In this document: in pieces, positions 49,091-58,460 of the stretch | Numbering within the stretch: the stretch's first letter is position 1 | Layout: every line of letters begins with the position of its first letter | Assembly (NCBI GenBank): GCA_965206595.1 | Contig: OZ242214.1 | Location: forward strand, 5,024,001 to 5,088,000 | From: Candidatus Latescibacterota bacterium | GTDB lineage: Bacteria > Latescibacterota > UBA2968 > UBA8231 | DNA length: 64,000 nucleotides | Direction of reading: 5' to 3' | Translations under genes and position numbers: made by a program | The notes under the pieces: model-generated | The model's input: the letters and a program-made list of their open reading frames with translations, nothing else | Databases searched by the model: none | What the model was told of the DNA's origin: nothing

Positions 49091-52000
49091 CTACTTCAGC
49101 AGCGTGACCTTGTGCATTCGGTCAAAGCCGGCGATCTGGACCCGGATCACGTACACACCTGAAGCTACCTCCAAACCCGATTCGTCTCTGCCGTCCCACC
49201 TCCACTGGTGGAATCCCCGGGACAGCTGCTGCTCGTAAACCCGAACGACGCGGCCCAGAAGGTCGATTACCCGCACCTGCACCCGCTCGCTTTCGGGAAG
49301 GAAGAAGGAAATCGCCGTATCCGGATTGAACGGATTCGGATACGGTGCATCGAGGACGATTTCGGTAGGAAGCGGGGACACTGCCACGGGCGCCGCCGGG
49401 GCAGTCGCAATCACGTGGCGGATCTCATTACCGACGTAGGATAACACCGAGCCAACACGAATCTCACTCTCCTGGGAAAGCAGCCGCCGGAACAGTAACG
49501 CCCCCGCGTCGGCGTTTGCGAACGGAGAGTGTCTCCCGCTGAGAGCAACCGCCACTGTGGTTGCTCCATTGCCGCCGGGCTGCATCCAGACCAGGGGTCC
49601 TGCCTGGTCCGGGGGAACGTACTCGGCGAACTGGAGAACCAGGGGGTCGTATTCCAGCCAGGCCACGAAGCCGCGAAGATGATCCTCGCCAGTCCAGCGC
49701 AGAGCGAGTTCGACAACTTCGGAATCGCGGGGCCGCGGCTCTAAGCTCGCCTGCAGACCAAGCGCATCGGCTTGCGATACATCAGCGACCGGTTTGGCCG
49801 ATGCTCCAAAGTGATCGGCAAACACGAAGAAGTCGTCCAACCCGATCCCCCCATCTCCGTTGAGATCGAAACCGGAATCGAAATCGGGTTCCCCTTCGCG
49901 GCTCCCGAAATGATCGGCAAACAGGAAAAAATCGTTGAAGTCGGTGTCCCCATCGCGATCGAAGTCACCGGCCAGAACTGCGCCGATGTCCACCTGCACG
50001 ATCAGAGCCGGTGCCAGGATGTCGTTGGCGGTCTGTCCTTCAGTCATCAGTTCGACCTCCCGCAGCTCCACAGCCGTATCGAGCCCTGGTGCGATAGTGG
50101 ACCTTACGGAGAAAATGGCGCGTCCGAGAAATCCATCTCCGCCAGCAGGCCGCACCAGAGGATCGGCGGCCACCTGAATCAGGACCTGGCCGGGGGATGG
50201 CGCCGATGCTGCAGGCAGGACGGAGTTGCCCGCGGCGGCGAGCAGACTCGCCCCGGATACGTCGAACCCGACGAACTCCAGGACTTCGGGGTCGAATACC
50301 AGAAGCAGCGAATAGGATATCACCCTCACCGCCTCGAAAGCATACATCTCGAGCGCCAACCGGTCTCCCGCTTTCAGCGAGACAGCATCGACGCCCTGGT
50401 TCCCTGCTGAACTGTCGGCGTCGACGGCGACAGTCGTCGGCACGATTCCGGTACCGGAAACCGCAACTGAGACTTCGGCCTGGTCGCTGTCGCTGGTAGC
50501 GAAGGCGATGGTGCTCCCCGCGGCCCCACGCATCGCGGGGATAAACCGCAATTCGAGGGTCGTCGAGTCATCGACAGCGACTCTGCTCGATCCGAAAACT
50601 GCGGAGAACGCGAGATCGCCCACATGCAGTTGACTGATTTCAAGGTCGGCGTGGCCCTTGTTGACGATGTCGATAACCACCGATCCGGTATCGCCGATTG
50701 CCACCCTGCCGAAATCGACGGCTTCGGCGATGGATCGCAGGCGCGCCATTCGACGCCCATCGACCAGCCAGACGCTCGTCGTCGTATCCTGCAGATCGGC
50801 GACCAGCACGGCGACCGTATCGACGCTCGCCACGTCAGGGATGTAGGAGAAGGCGGAGTCGGCTTCCCCAGCCTGCTCAGTACTGTCGATATACCAAGTG
50901 AAACTGATTGTATCTCCCTCTTCGTCCGACGCTCTGACCATCAGAGTCACTTCGGTTTCCGGCTCGAAGAATACCGTACTGTCGGCGGGAATACGCACGA
51001 TTGCGGGCGCATCGTTGACGGCTTCCACTTCGAGAGTAAAGCTCTGCACCGCCGTTTGACCTGCGGGGTCGGAGGCATTGAGAGTTATCGGCACCTCTCC
51101 GGTATCAGCTGCCGCCGGCGTCCACTCTACGAGGCCGGTGGGGCTTATCGACATCTGCTCCGGACCTGTGGCAACCTCATAGGACAGCTTTTCCCCCTCT
51201 TCGTCGACGGCTAGCAGTTCGTACCTGTACAGAGTGTCCTCGAGTGCGGTCGTCTCCGGAGTTCCGGAGATCACCGGCGGATCGTCGACTTCGACCACCG
51301 TAATCTCGAATCGCGACTTGTCGGCTGCCCCCGCCAAGTCCACTACCTGGACCGCCACGGGATTGACACCGACATCCTCCTGCAAAGGTGTCCACGACAG
51401 GATGCCGAGGGTGTCGACCGCTGCCATGTCGGGTGCGGTCGTGAGGGCATAGCTGAGGGAATCGGCCGGATCGACATCGGACCCGAAGCCGACGAGCGCC
51501 AGCCGGAACTCCACATCCTCGAAAATCGAGGTGTCCGGCAGGGCGGAAAGCACCGGCGGGTCGTTGGTGTTCATCACACGCAGCGTGAAAGGATGAGGAC
51601 TGCTGGCGCCTTCGCTGTCGGTAACCCTTACTTCGACCGCTGCCGTGCCGACGTTTTCCTGGGCCGGCGTCCATTGCAAAACGCCGAGCTCGTCGAGCAC
51701 CATTCCGGAAGGCCCACTGACAAGTGTGAAAGTGATGACATCTCCATCCTGATCTTCCGCTTCAATCCTGTAGGACAGCAGTGAATCCTCGAACACCTGC
51801 GTCGGCGGAGTACTGACAACGAACGGCGGCTCGTTGTCGGATTTTACCCGCAGCGGAAAGATGTGGAACCCGTGGCCGGTATGGCTGTATACCTGTGCTT
51901 CGACGAGATACTTTCCGGTGTCCGCTGCGACAGGTGTCCAGGAGTGGGGAGGCAAGCCGGATATCTTCGTCAATTCCGCCGGTCCCCGGTGAAAATCGAC

Positions 52001-53575
52001 GTGTATTATCTCCTGCTTGGGCTCGAATACAGGGTCATAGATGAACTCCTGACCGACTACAACGACGCTGTCCGGCAGGGTAGCGATCAGCAGCTCGGTG
52101 TGCTTTCCGGGGGCGGGAGTTCCCCCCGTCCTAGGGCCTCCGAACCTGCCGATGTCGTTGCGCGGTCCGGTCCCCGACCTGTCATGGTCGTTCATTGCCG
52201 CAATCGGGTTCCCGGCATCCCGGGCCGGTGAGGTCTGCTTCAACTCGAAGCGGAGAACGTCGAGGTTGAAGAACTCCGGATCGTCCACGAGGTTGCCGCC
52301 GACATGCTCCTCGTCCACCGCCCAGCCCGGGACTAGAGCGTTCAGAGCCGCCACCGTTCCGATCGTATCGGGCACCATGCTGACCTCCACCTGCGGACCT
52401 GTGTCCGTCAAGTCGGGAAAGTCTTCGGCCGTGAACACCTCGATGCGGTACTTGAGGAACTCGTTCGCCCCTCCCCCGGGCGGAAAAATCTCCACGAGAA
52501 CCTCGTGGGATCCGACATCGTCCATGGTTGGCGTAAACCGAATGGCGCGCTCCTCCTCGATCAGGGATGCGGAGGCGTCCAGCGGAGTCGTGCGGGCTTT
52601 GAAGATATAGAAGTCGACGTCTCCTTCGACCCCGATGACGTACTCGTACTCAACCCCTACCTGGGCGACAGTGTCGGGCTCGTTGGTGAAAAAGCTGGGG
52701 ACCGAAACTCCCTGCTCTTCAAGTGTCAACGTATCCCGCACGGTCTTCAATATCTTGATGCTGTCGGCACTGTCCGAAACGAAGAGGAGGTCCCAGTTCC
52801 AGAACAGGTTGTAGCGCACCAAGGGGGTGTCCAGCATCGATGGATTCGCGATCGCCGGGTCAGCTCCTGTCGAGAAGATGTTGCTGCTAATGTCGACGCG
52901 ACCGCCCGACGTGGTGATGGCCGGCGAGTTGTTGTTGTGGAAGGTATTGTTGCGGATTTCATCCGCCTTGAAAGTGTCGGCCACCATGTTGTGGATCTCG
53001 ACCAGGCCTCTGCCGACTCCGGTCTCGCCGTTATCGCGCACGATATTGTTGTAAAAGCTCAGCTGTCCGCCGCGCATGTAGATCAAATCGCCTCCGATCT
53101 CGGCGACGTTTCGCACGAACAAGTTCTCCGCAACCCGCAGGGTGCAGGCCTGGCAGGAGACTACCCCTCCGGTTTCCGCGTTCCCATTGACGAAGGTGAA
53201 ATTGCGCAGGACGAACTCCACGCCTTCCTCCGTTATATCGAAAAACCTCTCCCTGCCCTCGGCGTCGAGGTTGGCGCCGTTCGTATGAACGAAAATGTCT
53301 CTTTCGGAAATCTGGATCGGAAACGATTCCGCGGTGGTGCTCGGCGAATAGGTGCCCGAGGCGATGTCGATCACGTGCGGTTTCCCGTGAGGGAAAAGGT
53401 GGGCTACCTGGATCGCATGTGAGATGGAGCGGAACGGTGTCGTGTCGCTTTGGGCGCTCTGGATGCTCCTCCGGTCATCGCCTGTTTCTGCGTTGACGAA
53501 AAGCCGCACCCCGTGGGCGGGACCAACTGACCAATAGCCGAAAAACAGCAGCAGCGCCGCGGTGCTGAACCGCAT
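49091..53575 (-). CDS. large secreted multidomain surface protein: DUF1565/beta-helix, cadherin/He_PIG Ig repeats, ASH-like, cohesin-like, EF-hand/dockerin-like, FlgD-Ig C-terminal tail
   Basis: Signal peptide; PFRSISHAI…GTYS; repeated ED..Y…A.D.DGD…WTP…DVG; GDFDRDGDTDFNDFFLFADHFG-type motif x2; PYPNPFNP…WDGRD.SG..VASGVY. Confidence 0.85.
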   Translation of the reverse strand: MRFSTAALLLFFGYWSVGPAHGVRLFVNAETGDDRRSIQSAQSDTTPFRSISHAIQVAHLFPHGKPHVIDIASGTYSPSTTAESFPIQISERDIFVHTNGANLDAEGRERFFDITEEGVEFVLRNFTFVNGNAETGGVVSCQACTLRVAENLFVRNVAEIGGDLIYMRGGQLSFYNNIVRDNGETGVGRGLVEIHNMVADTFKADEIRNNTFHNNNSPAITTSGGRVDISSNIFSTGADPAIANPSMLDTPLVRYNLFWNWDLLFVSDSADSIKILKTVRDTLTLEEQGVSVPSFFTNEPDTVAQVGVEYEYVIGVEGDVDFYIFKARTTPLDASASLIEEERAIRFTPTMDDVGSHEVLVEIFPPGGGANEFLKYRIEVFTAEDFPDLTDTGPQVEVSMVPDTIGTVAALNALVPGWAVDEEHVGGNLVDDPEFFNLDVLRFELKQTSPARDAGNPIAAMNDHDRSGTGPRNDIGRFGGPRTGGTPAPGKHTELLIATLPDSVVVVGQEFIYDPVFEPKQEIIHVDFHRGPAELTKISGLPPHSWTPVAADTGKYLVEAQVYSHTGHGFHIFPLRVKSDNEPPFVVSTPPTQVFEDSLLSYRIEAEDQDGDVITFTLVSGPSGMVLDELGVLQWTPAQENVGTAAVEVRVTDSEGASSPHPFTLRVMNTNDPPVLSALPDTSIFEDVEFRLALVGFGSDVDPADSLSYALTTAPDMAAVDTLGILSWTPLQEDVGVNPVAVQVVDLAGAADKSRFEITVVEVDDPPVISGTPETTALEDTLYRYELLAVDEEGEKLSYEVATGPEQMSISPTGLVEWTPAAADTGEVPITLNASDPAGQTAVQSFTLEVEAVNDAPAIVRIPADSTVFFEPETEVTLMVRASDEEGDTISFTWYIDSTEQAGEADSAFSYIPDVASVDTVAVLVADLQDTTTSVWLVDGRRMARLRSIAEAVDFGRVAIGDTGSVVIDIVNKGHADLEISQLHVGDLAFSAVFGSSRVAVDDSTTLELRFIPAMRGAAGSTIAFATSDSDQAEVSVAVSGTGIVPTTVAVDADSSAGNQGVDAVSLKAGDRLALEMYAFEAVRVISYSLLLVFDPEVLEFVGFDVSGASLLAAAGNSVLPAASAPSPGQVLIQVAADPLVRPAGGDGFLGRAIFSVRSTIAPGLDTAVELREVELMTEGQTANDILAPALIVQVDIGAVLAGDFDRDGDTDFNDFFLFADHFGSREGEPDFDSGFDLNGDGGIGLDDFFVFADHFGASAKPVADVSQADALGLQASLEPRPRDSEVVELALRWTGEDHLRGFVAWLEYDPLVLQFAEYVPPDQAGPLVWMQPGGNGATTVAVALSGRHSPFANADAGALLFRRLLSQESEIRVGSVLSYVGNEIRHVIATAPAAPVAVSPLPTEIVLDAPYPNPFNPDTAISFFLPESERVQVRVIDLLGRVVRVYEQQLSRGFHQWRWDGRDESGLEVASGVYVIRVQIAGFDRMHKVTLLK

Positions 53576-53886
53576 TATCCAGAAAATTTCCCGTTTTCAG
53601 AGGGCCGTCGGATCGAGGCTTTTTGGGAGAATCCGACTTCCCGGGCTTCGAGAAGTTCCCGCACCTGAGGTCGCACGAAAACCGTCTCCAGCGGTAGAAG
53701 GACAATCTCGTCGAGCATCAGCCGAATTCGTTCTGCCAGGGACAGGCTGGAGTCGACCAGCAAAAATCGCTTCCCGCCGAACCTGCACATCCCCCCCCTG
53801 CTGCCCTCCAGATCAGCGATGCGGATCTCGACTCCAAGTTGCTCGGTAACAGCCTCGAGTTCCCTGTGAATGGCAGCATTATCCAT
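53575..53886 (-). CDS. conserved hypothetical protein, coupled (TAATG overlap) to the surface-protein gene
   Basis: LGVEIR…GGMCRFGGK..LLVD..L…FVRPQVRELLE. Confidence 0.7.
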   Translation of the reverse strand: MDNAAIHRELEAVTEQLGVEIRIADLEGSRGGMCRFGGKRFLLVDSSLSLAERIRLMLDEIVLLPLETVFVRPQVRELLEAREVGFSQKASIRRPSENGKFSG

Positions 53887-54074
53887 GCTGCACCCATGTT
53901 TGTAAAACGACCTTAACCCAAAGCCTACACATCATTTACATAAGATAATCAAATCACCGGTTGGTGAACAGCTGATTTGTTGATAGTATATTTCCCGCGG
54001 GCATGGGAACCGGTCAATCCGACCGAGTTTCGCAGACGACCACGGGGTTGGTAGCAAAGCTCAAATGGTGACCG

Positions 54075-54914
54075 ATGACGGCTGCAGGTGAGATTTCCTG
54101 GGTGTTTTTGACCAATGACGACGGCTGCGATTCGCCTGCATTGGTCCCGTTGATGCGCGAATTGCTGACCCGGGCAGAGGTGGGCGCCCTGGTTCCCGAA
54201 AGGGAATACAGCTGGTCTTCGAAGGCCATGAGCCGCTTCGGCGAGCTGGAAATGAGCGCCTGCGAACGCGACGGAATTCCGTTCTTCGCCGCCAACGGCT
54301 CCCCGGCGGACTGCGCAAATTTGGGAATACACAAACTCAAACCGAGCAAACCCGCGCTGCTGGTTTCCGGCATCAATATCGGCGCTAACGCCGGTCTGGG
54401 GTACCTGCTCAGCTCCGGCACCATCGGCGCAGCTATCGAGGGCATGCTAAGCGGCATTCCCGCGGTGGCGCTTTCGCTGCAGCTGCACCGCGACGACTAC
54501 CGGGACTGGAGGACTAACCGCAACCCAGATCGCCTCGCCGGCACCTTTTGCAGGGCCGCGGCAGTAGCAGCTGATATCGTCGGCGATGTAATAGGCGGGG
54601 GCCTGCCTTCGGAAGCTTCGATTCTTTCGGTAAACATGCCGCCTGACGTAACCCGGGACAGCCCCAGGCGGTTCGCCGGAGTAACCGATTCGCGCTACGG
54701 ATCTTTCTTCAGCGAGACCGAGGAAGGCAGGTACGTTTACGGATTCGACAAATTGGATTTCTTCGCCAATCCCACTGTGCCGTCCAACCGCCCTGGGGAC
54801 CTCGAAGCCCTTTCCGACGGCGCCGTGGCGATGACCCCGCTCCGTTTCGATCTCAACGTGGAAGCGAGTTCCCAAGACCGCTGCCGATTCGAACGGGGAG
54901 CCACAAAGAGCTAA
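54075..54914 (+). CDS. surE: 5'/3'-nucleotidase SurE
   Basis: LTNDDG, GSPADC, SGINIGAN, SGTIGAAIEG, MTPL. Confidence 0.92.
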   Translation: MTAAGEISWVFLTNDDGCDSPALVPLMRELLTRAEVGALVPEREYSWSSKAMSRFGELEMSACERDGIPFFAANGSPADCANLGIHKLKPSKPALLVSGINIGANAGLGYLLSSGTIGAAIEGMLSGIPAVALSLQLHRDDYRDWRTNRNPDRLAGTFCRAAAVAADIVGDVIGGGLPSEASILSVNMPPDVTRDSPRRFAGVTDSRYGSFFSETEEGRYVYGFDKLDFFANPTVPSNRPGDLEALSDGAVAMTPLRFDLNVEASSQDRCRFERGATKS

Positions 54915-55022
54915 GGCCTTGCCACGAATTAACTGGACTACTGTCGTGGCTCTATCCAGTCTGTAACGCCCCAGCTTATGACTCATTTATTTCGCGACAG
55001 ATCCTAAGTCCACGAAGAACGA

Positions 55023-56363
55023 GTGAAACCTCCCCAACGCACACCCCTGCCCGCATGCCCTCGGCAGGCAGGGGTGGCGACGGCCATTCTCGTTTCTGCG
55101 GCTTGCTGGATCGCGGTCCGTGCGCTCTTGCCGTCCGCCGCGGTTGCCGGTGACGATTCCACCAACGCCCACACCGCTGTTGTTTCCGACTCGACAAAAT
55201 CGATACCCGGCAAACTGGAAGCGGTTCGGTGGATGGCAAAGAGGCGCCAGTTCTCCCTTGGCGGCGTCGACTACGGGTTCACCGGGCTCCCTATTCTGTA
55301 TTTCAGTCCATCCACCGGATGGAACTACGGAACGCGATTGCAGCTAGCCGACTACAGCCGCAGACCCTACCGCTTCAAGCTGACCTTCTTCTCCAAAAAT
55401 TCCACTGCAGGGCGCATCAACTATTTCCTGAAGCTCAGAGTGCCCCGCATTTCCGGCACCGGTTTCGGGGTACGACTGCTGGCCAGTGTCAAGCGGGATA
55501 TTCGGGTACGCTATTACGGGCTGGGAAACGACAGCGAATACAACAAGGGCTTCGTCGACAGGGAGCACTCGGAGTTTATCGACGAAGACTATTACCACTA
55601 TATACTCCACTCTCCCCGGCTGCTGATGAGCCTCCTGAGGGAGATCTATGGTCCCATGCTCCTCTCGGTCGGCTTCGGAATGGAACGCACCGACGTCGAC
55701 CGGCGCGGCGACACGGCGTTCTACGTCGTCTACGACACCCCGGACGGCGTCAAGGACGGAATTACCGGGTTCGCAAGTATCACTGTGCGTTGGGACACCC
55801 GCGACGACCCGGTCATCCCCAGAACGGGGACCTTTCACGAGTGGTCGTACGAATCGTCGCGCAATTCGTTGTTGGGTCTGCTGTTCGAGCGGATCGACTT
55901 CCAGCGTTTGACGTTCACAGACAGCCGCTATTTGCCGCTGTCGACTCGTCTGAATCTCGCCCACCGCACCGTTCTCGATGTCCTGAAGGGCACGGTGCCA
56001 CTGTATGCCTATGGAGAGATCGGAGGCAGCCGCCGCATGAAGGGACTCGGCGGCCCGGACTCCCTGCGCGGCTTCGACCGACAACGTTTCACCGACAACG
56101 TGCGCCTTATCACGAATACCGAACTCCGCTGTCACGTGCGTTCGGACCGCCTTTTCAAGCAATACCTCGAGTGGCACACCGTGCTGTTCATCGATTCGGG
56201 CCAAGCGCAGCCGGGACTCAAGAGACTGGATGCCTTCGAATTGCACTGGACCGCAGGGGTCGCACAGCGGCTCTACTGGAACTCTGATTTCGTGATCCGC
56301 CTGGAAATCGGGTTCTCCAGGGAGCAGACCTACACCGGTCTCAAATACCGCAACATATTCTGA
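55023..56363 (+). CDS. Omp85/BamA-TamA family beta-barrel without POTRA domains
   Basis: WDTRD…P..G, LGG..SLRGF…RF, ELR, C-terminal Phe. Confidence 0.8.
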   Translation: MKPPQRTPLPACPRQAGVATAILVSAACWIAVRALLPSAAVAGDDSTNAHTAVVSDSTKSIPGKLEAVRWMAKRRQFSLGGVDYGFTGLPILYFSPSTGWNYGTRLQLADYSRRPYRFKLTFFSKNSTAGRINYFLKLRVPRISGTGFGVRLLASVKRDIRVRYYGLGNDSEYNKGFVDREHSEFIDEDYYHYILHSPRLLMSLLREIYGPMLLSVGFGMERTDVDRRGDTAFYVVYDTPDGVKDGITGFASITVRWDTRDDPVIPRTGTFHEWSYESSRNSLLGLLFERIDFQRLTFTDSRYLPLSTRLNLAHRTVLDVLKGTVPLYAYGEIGGSRRMKGLGGPDSLRGFDRQRFTDNVRLITNTELRCHVRSDRLFKQYLEWHTVLFIDSGQAQPGLKRLDAFELHWTAGVAQRLYWNSDFVIRLEIGFSREQTYTGLKYRNIF

Positions 56364-56400
56364 TCGCCTGTCCAGCGAGTGGTGCCGAGGGGAAGGCTGT

Positions 56401-57267
56401 TCAGCCTGCAACGGCGGCTGCAGACTCGGGAGCGAGCAGGCCCATAAGCCGAGACAGAGTGGGGGCAAGTTCATTCCGGCGCACCACGCGATCGACGAAA
56501 CCATGCCGCAGCACGTTCTCCGCTATCTGAAACCCATCCGGAAGTTCCTCGACTCCGAGGAACTGCTTGATGACGGAGGGTCCGGCGAATCCGACGCGGG
56601 CCCCCGGCTCGGCGAGTATGATGTCCCCGAGCATTGCGAAGCTGGCCGTCACTCCCCCGTACGTCGGATCTGTCAATACCGATACGTAGAGCAGGCCGCA
56701 ATCGGAAAAGCGCCTCAGTCGGGCGCTTATCTTGGCCATCTGCATCAGCGAATATGTGCTTTCCTGCATCCGGGCCCCGCCCGACTGGCAGACGATAACC
56801 AGTGTACGCCGATCGGCGATGGCGCGATCTATCAAGCGCGCGATTTTCTCTCCCGTGGCGCCTCCCATGCTTCCGAGGATGTAGCGGGTATCCATTATAC
56901 CGAGAGCAACCAGGTGGCTGTCGAGCACGCCGGCGCCGGTCCAAACCGCTTCGTTGAGTTTGCTGGCCTTTCGTCCGTCGCGGATTCGGTCGGTGTAACG
57001 GCGATGGTCGCGAAAGCGCAGGGGATCGGCGGTTGCGATGTCGGCGTTCAACTCCTCGACTGTCCCAGGGTCGAGGAGCAGGTCGACGTATTTTTCGAAG
57101 CCGATGTGAAAGTGATTTTCGCAGCGAGGGCAAATCCACCCATTGCGCTCGAGGGCATTGTGATACGTGGTTTCGCCGCATTGATTGCACTTTGACCAGA
57201 TACCCTCCGGTATCTCGCGACGGATGCGGGTCAGAATCCCGCTTTTCATTTTTTCGAACCAGCTCAC
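56401..57267 (-). CDS. accD: acetyl-CoA carboxylase carboxyltransferase beta subunit
   Basis: CxxC..CxxC zinc finger, GSMG, SGGARMQE, PTYGGVTASFA, GFAGP. Confidence 0.96.
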   Translation of the reverse strand: MSWFEKMKSGILTRIRREIPEGIWSKCNQCGETTYHNALERNGWICPRCENHFHIGFEKYVDLLLDPGTVEELNADIATADPLRFRDHRRYTDRIRDGRKASKLNEAVWTGAGVLDSHLVALGIMDTRYILGSMGGATGEKIARLIDRAIADRRTLVIVCQSGGARMQESTYSLMQMAKISARLRRFSDCGLLYVSVLTDPTYGGVTASFAMLGDIILAEPGARVGFAGPSVIKQFLGVEELPDGFQIAENVLRHGFVDRVVRRNELAPTLSRLMGLLAPESAAAVAG

Positions 57268-57297
57268 TTTTTTCTCCCGTGGAACAGCGATTTCCGA

Positions 57298-57669
57298 CTA
57301 CACCAATCCCCGGCGCCGCAGGCCGACCAGCGCCACCCCCGCTGTTACCAGCAGACCGACCGACAGGATAGTGGCCGATTTCCATTGCCGCCGCCTGGTG
57401 CCTCGCTCCCCGACCGGGTGGGACCCGCCTTCAACGCCAACCCGTTCCCACACATGCTCGGGGACTTCCCGCGAAGGCACCTCCTCGGGGATCACGGAGC
57501 GGTCGACCAGGCCTTTGACGCGGCGAAACAGGTCGAGTAACTCCCGCGCCTGTGGTTCGAACACAACCCGTTCTCCGATTTCGGCCAGCTCCCCGCTGTC
57601 GAACTCACCATCGACGTATGCCGACAGCGGTTTCTCCAGTTTCTTCTTACTCCACGCCAATATCGACAT
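57298..57669 (-). CDS. putative anti-sigma factor (ASD-like N-terminus, single C-terminal TM)
   Basis: LSAYVDGE motif, located directly downstream of the ECF sigma, C-terminal hydrophobic helix. Confidence 0.75.
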   Translation of the reverse strand: MSILAWSKKKLEKPLSAYVDGEFDSGELAEIGERVVFEPQARELLDLFRRVKGLVDRSVIPEEVPSREVPEHVWERVGVEGGSHPVGERGTRRRQWKSATILSVGLLVTAGVALVGLRRRGLV

Positions 57670-57711
57670 TCCTTGTCTCTTTTTGAGGGCAGATGTTGCA
57701 GGCTTACGCGC

Positions 57712-58362
57712 TTAGACGAGCCCGTGCCGGCGCAGTTTCGGCAGCAGCCTGCGGCGCGCGCTGTAAATTCTGGAACTGACGGTTCCGATCGGCACCCCCA
57801 GCACCCGGGCAATCTCTTCGTACGACAGTTCTTCCATGCTGTTGAGCAACAGGGTTTCGCGTAGTCCCTCGGGCAGTTCGTCCACCAACCTGAGTACCAC
57901 GCGACGGGTTTCGGCAGATATACACTCCGCTTCCGGATTGGCGGAGAATGCCCGAGGGTCCGGGGGGTTGAACAGATCATCGCTTCCGTGGTGCAATCCC
58001 AGACGGTACCAGTTGCTGCGGGAGCGGTCGCGGCGACGATTGAGACTGAGGCGCAGGACGATGCGCAGAATCCAGGTTTTCAGCGAGGAATTGCCGCGAA
58101 AGCTGACCAGCGCGGCGTGAATTTTCACGAATGCGTCCTGAACGACTTCCTCGGCGTCTTCAGGATCCAGCAGCACCCGGTAGGCCAACCCGTACGCCAG
58201 GGAGTGAAATTCCCGGACGAGTTCGGCGAAGGCCGAGCCGTCTCCGGCCACTATGCGGCCAATGCGCTCCTCTTCGCCCGTGCCGACTTCGGGCCTCGCG
58301 TTTTCGACGAGCTTCAACGCTGCTCTTCTGCCAAGCGAAGATCTTTCTGCAGGTGACTCCAT
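57712..58362 (-). CDS. ECF RNA polymerase sigma factor
   Basis: DAEEVVQDAF, FRG.SSLKTW, LSYEEIA..LGVPIGTVSSRI. Confidence 0.93.
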   Translation of the reverse strand: MESPAERSSLGRRAALKLVENARPEVGTGEEERIGRIVAGDGSAFAELVREFHSLAYGLAYRVLLDPEDAEEVVQDAFVKIHAALVSFRGNSSLKTWILRIVLRLSLNRRRDRSRSNWYRLGLHHGSDDLFNPPDPRAFSANPEAECISAETRRVVLRLVDELPEGLRETLLLNSMEELSYEEIARVLGVPIGTVSSRIYSARRRLLPKLRRHGLV

Positions 58363-58460
58363 GATAGATACCCCAACCGACACCGATGCCTGTATGCCTG
58401 TTCGGCGAAAGCGAGCCCCGACGACAGGCATATTGACATAGCTATTTGTAAAATAAGAAG

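Noticed and set aside
58433-58454. TTGACA…TAAAAT as a sigma-70 promoter for the M28 gene
   Set aside because: The spacer is only 10 bp.
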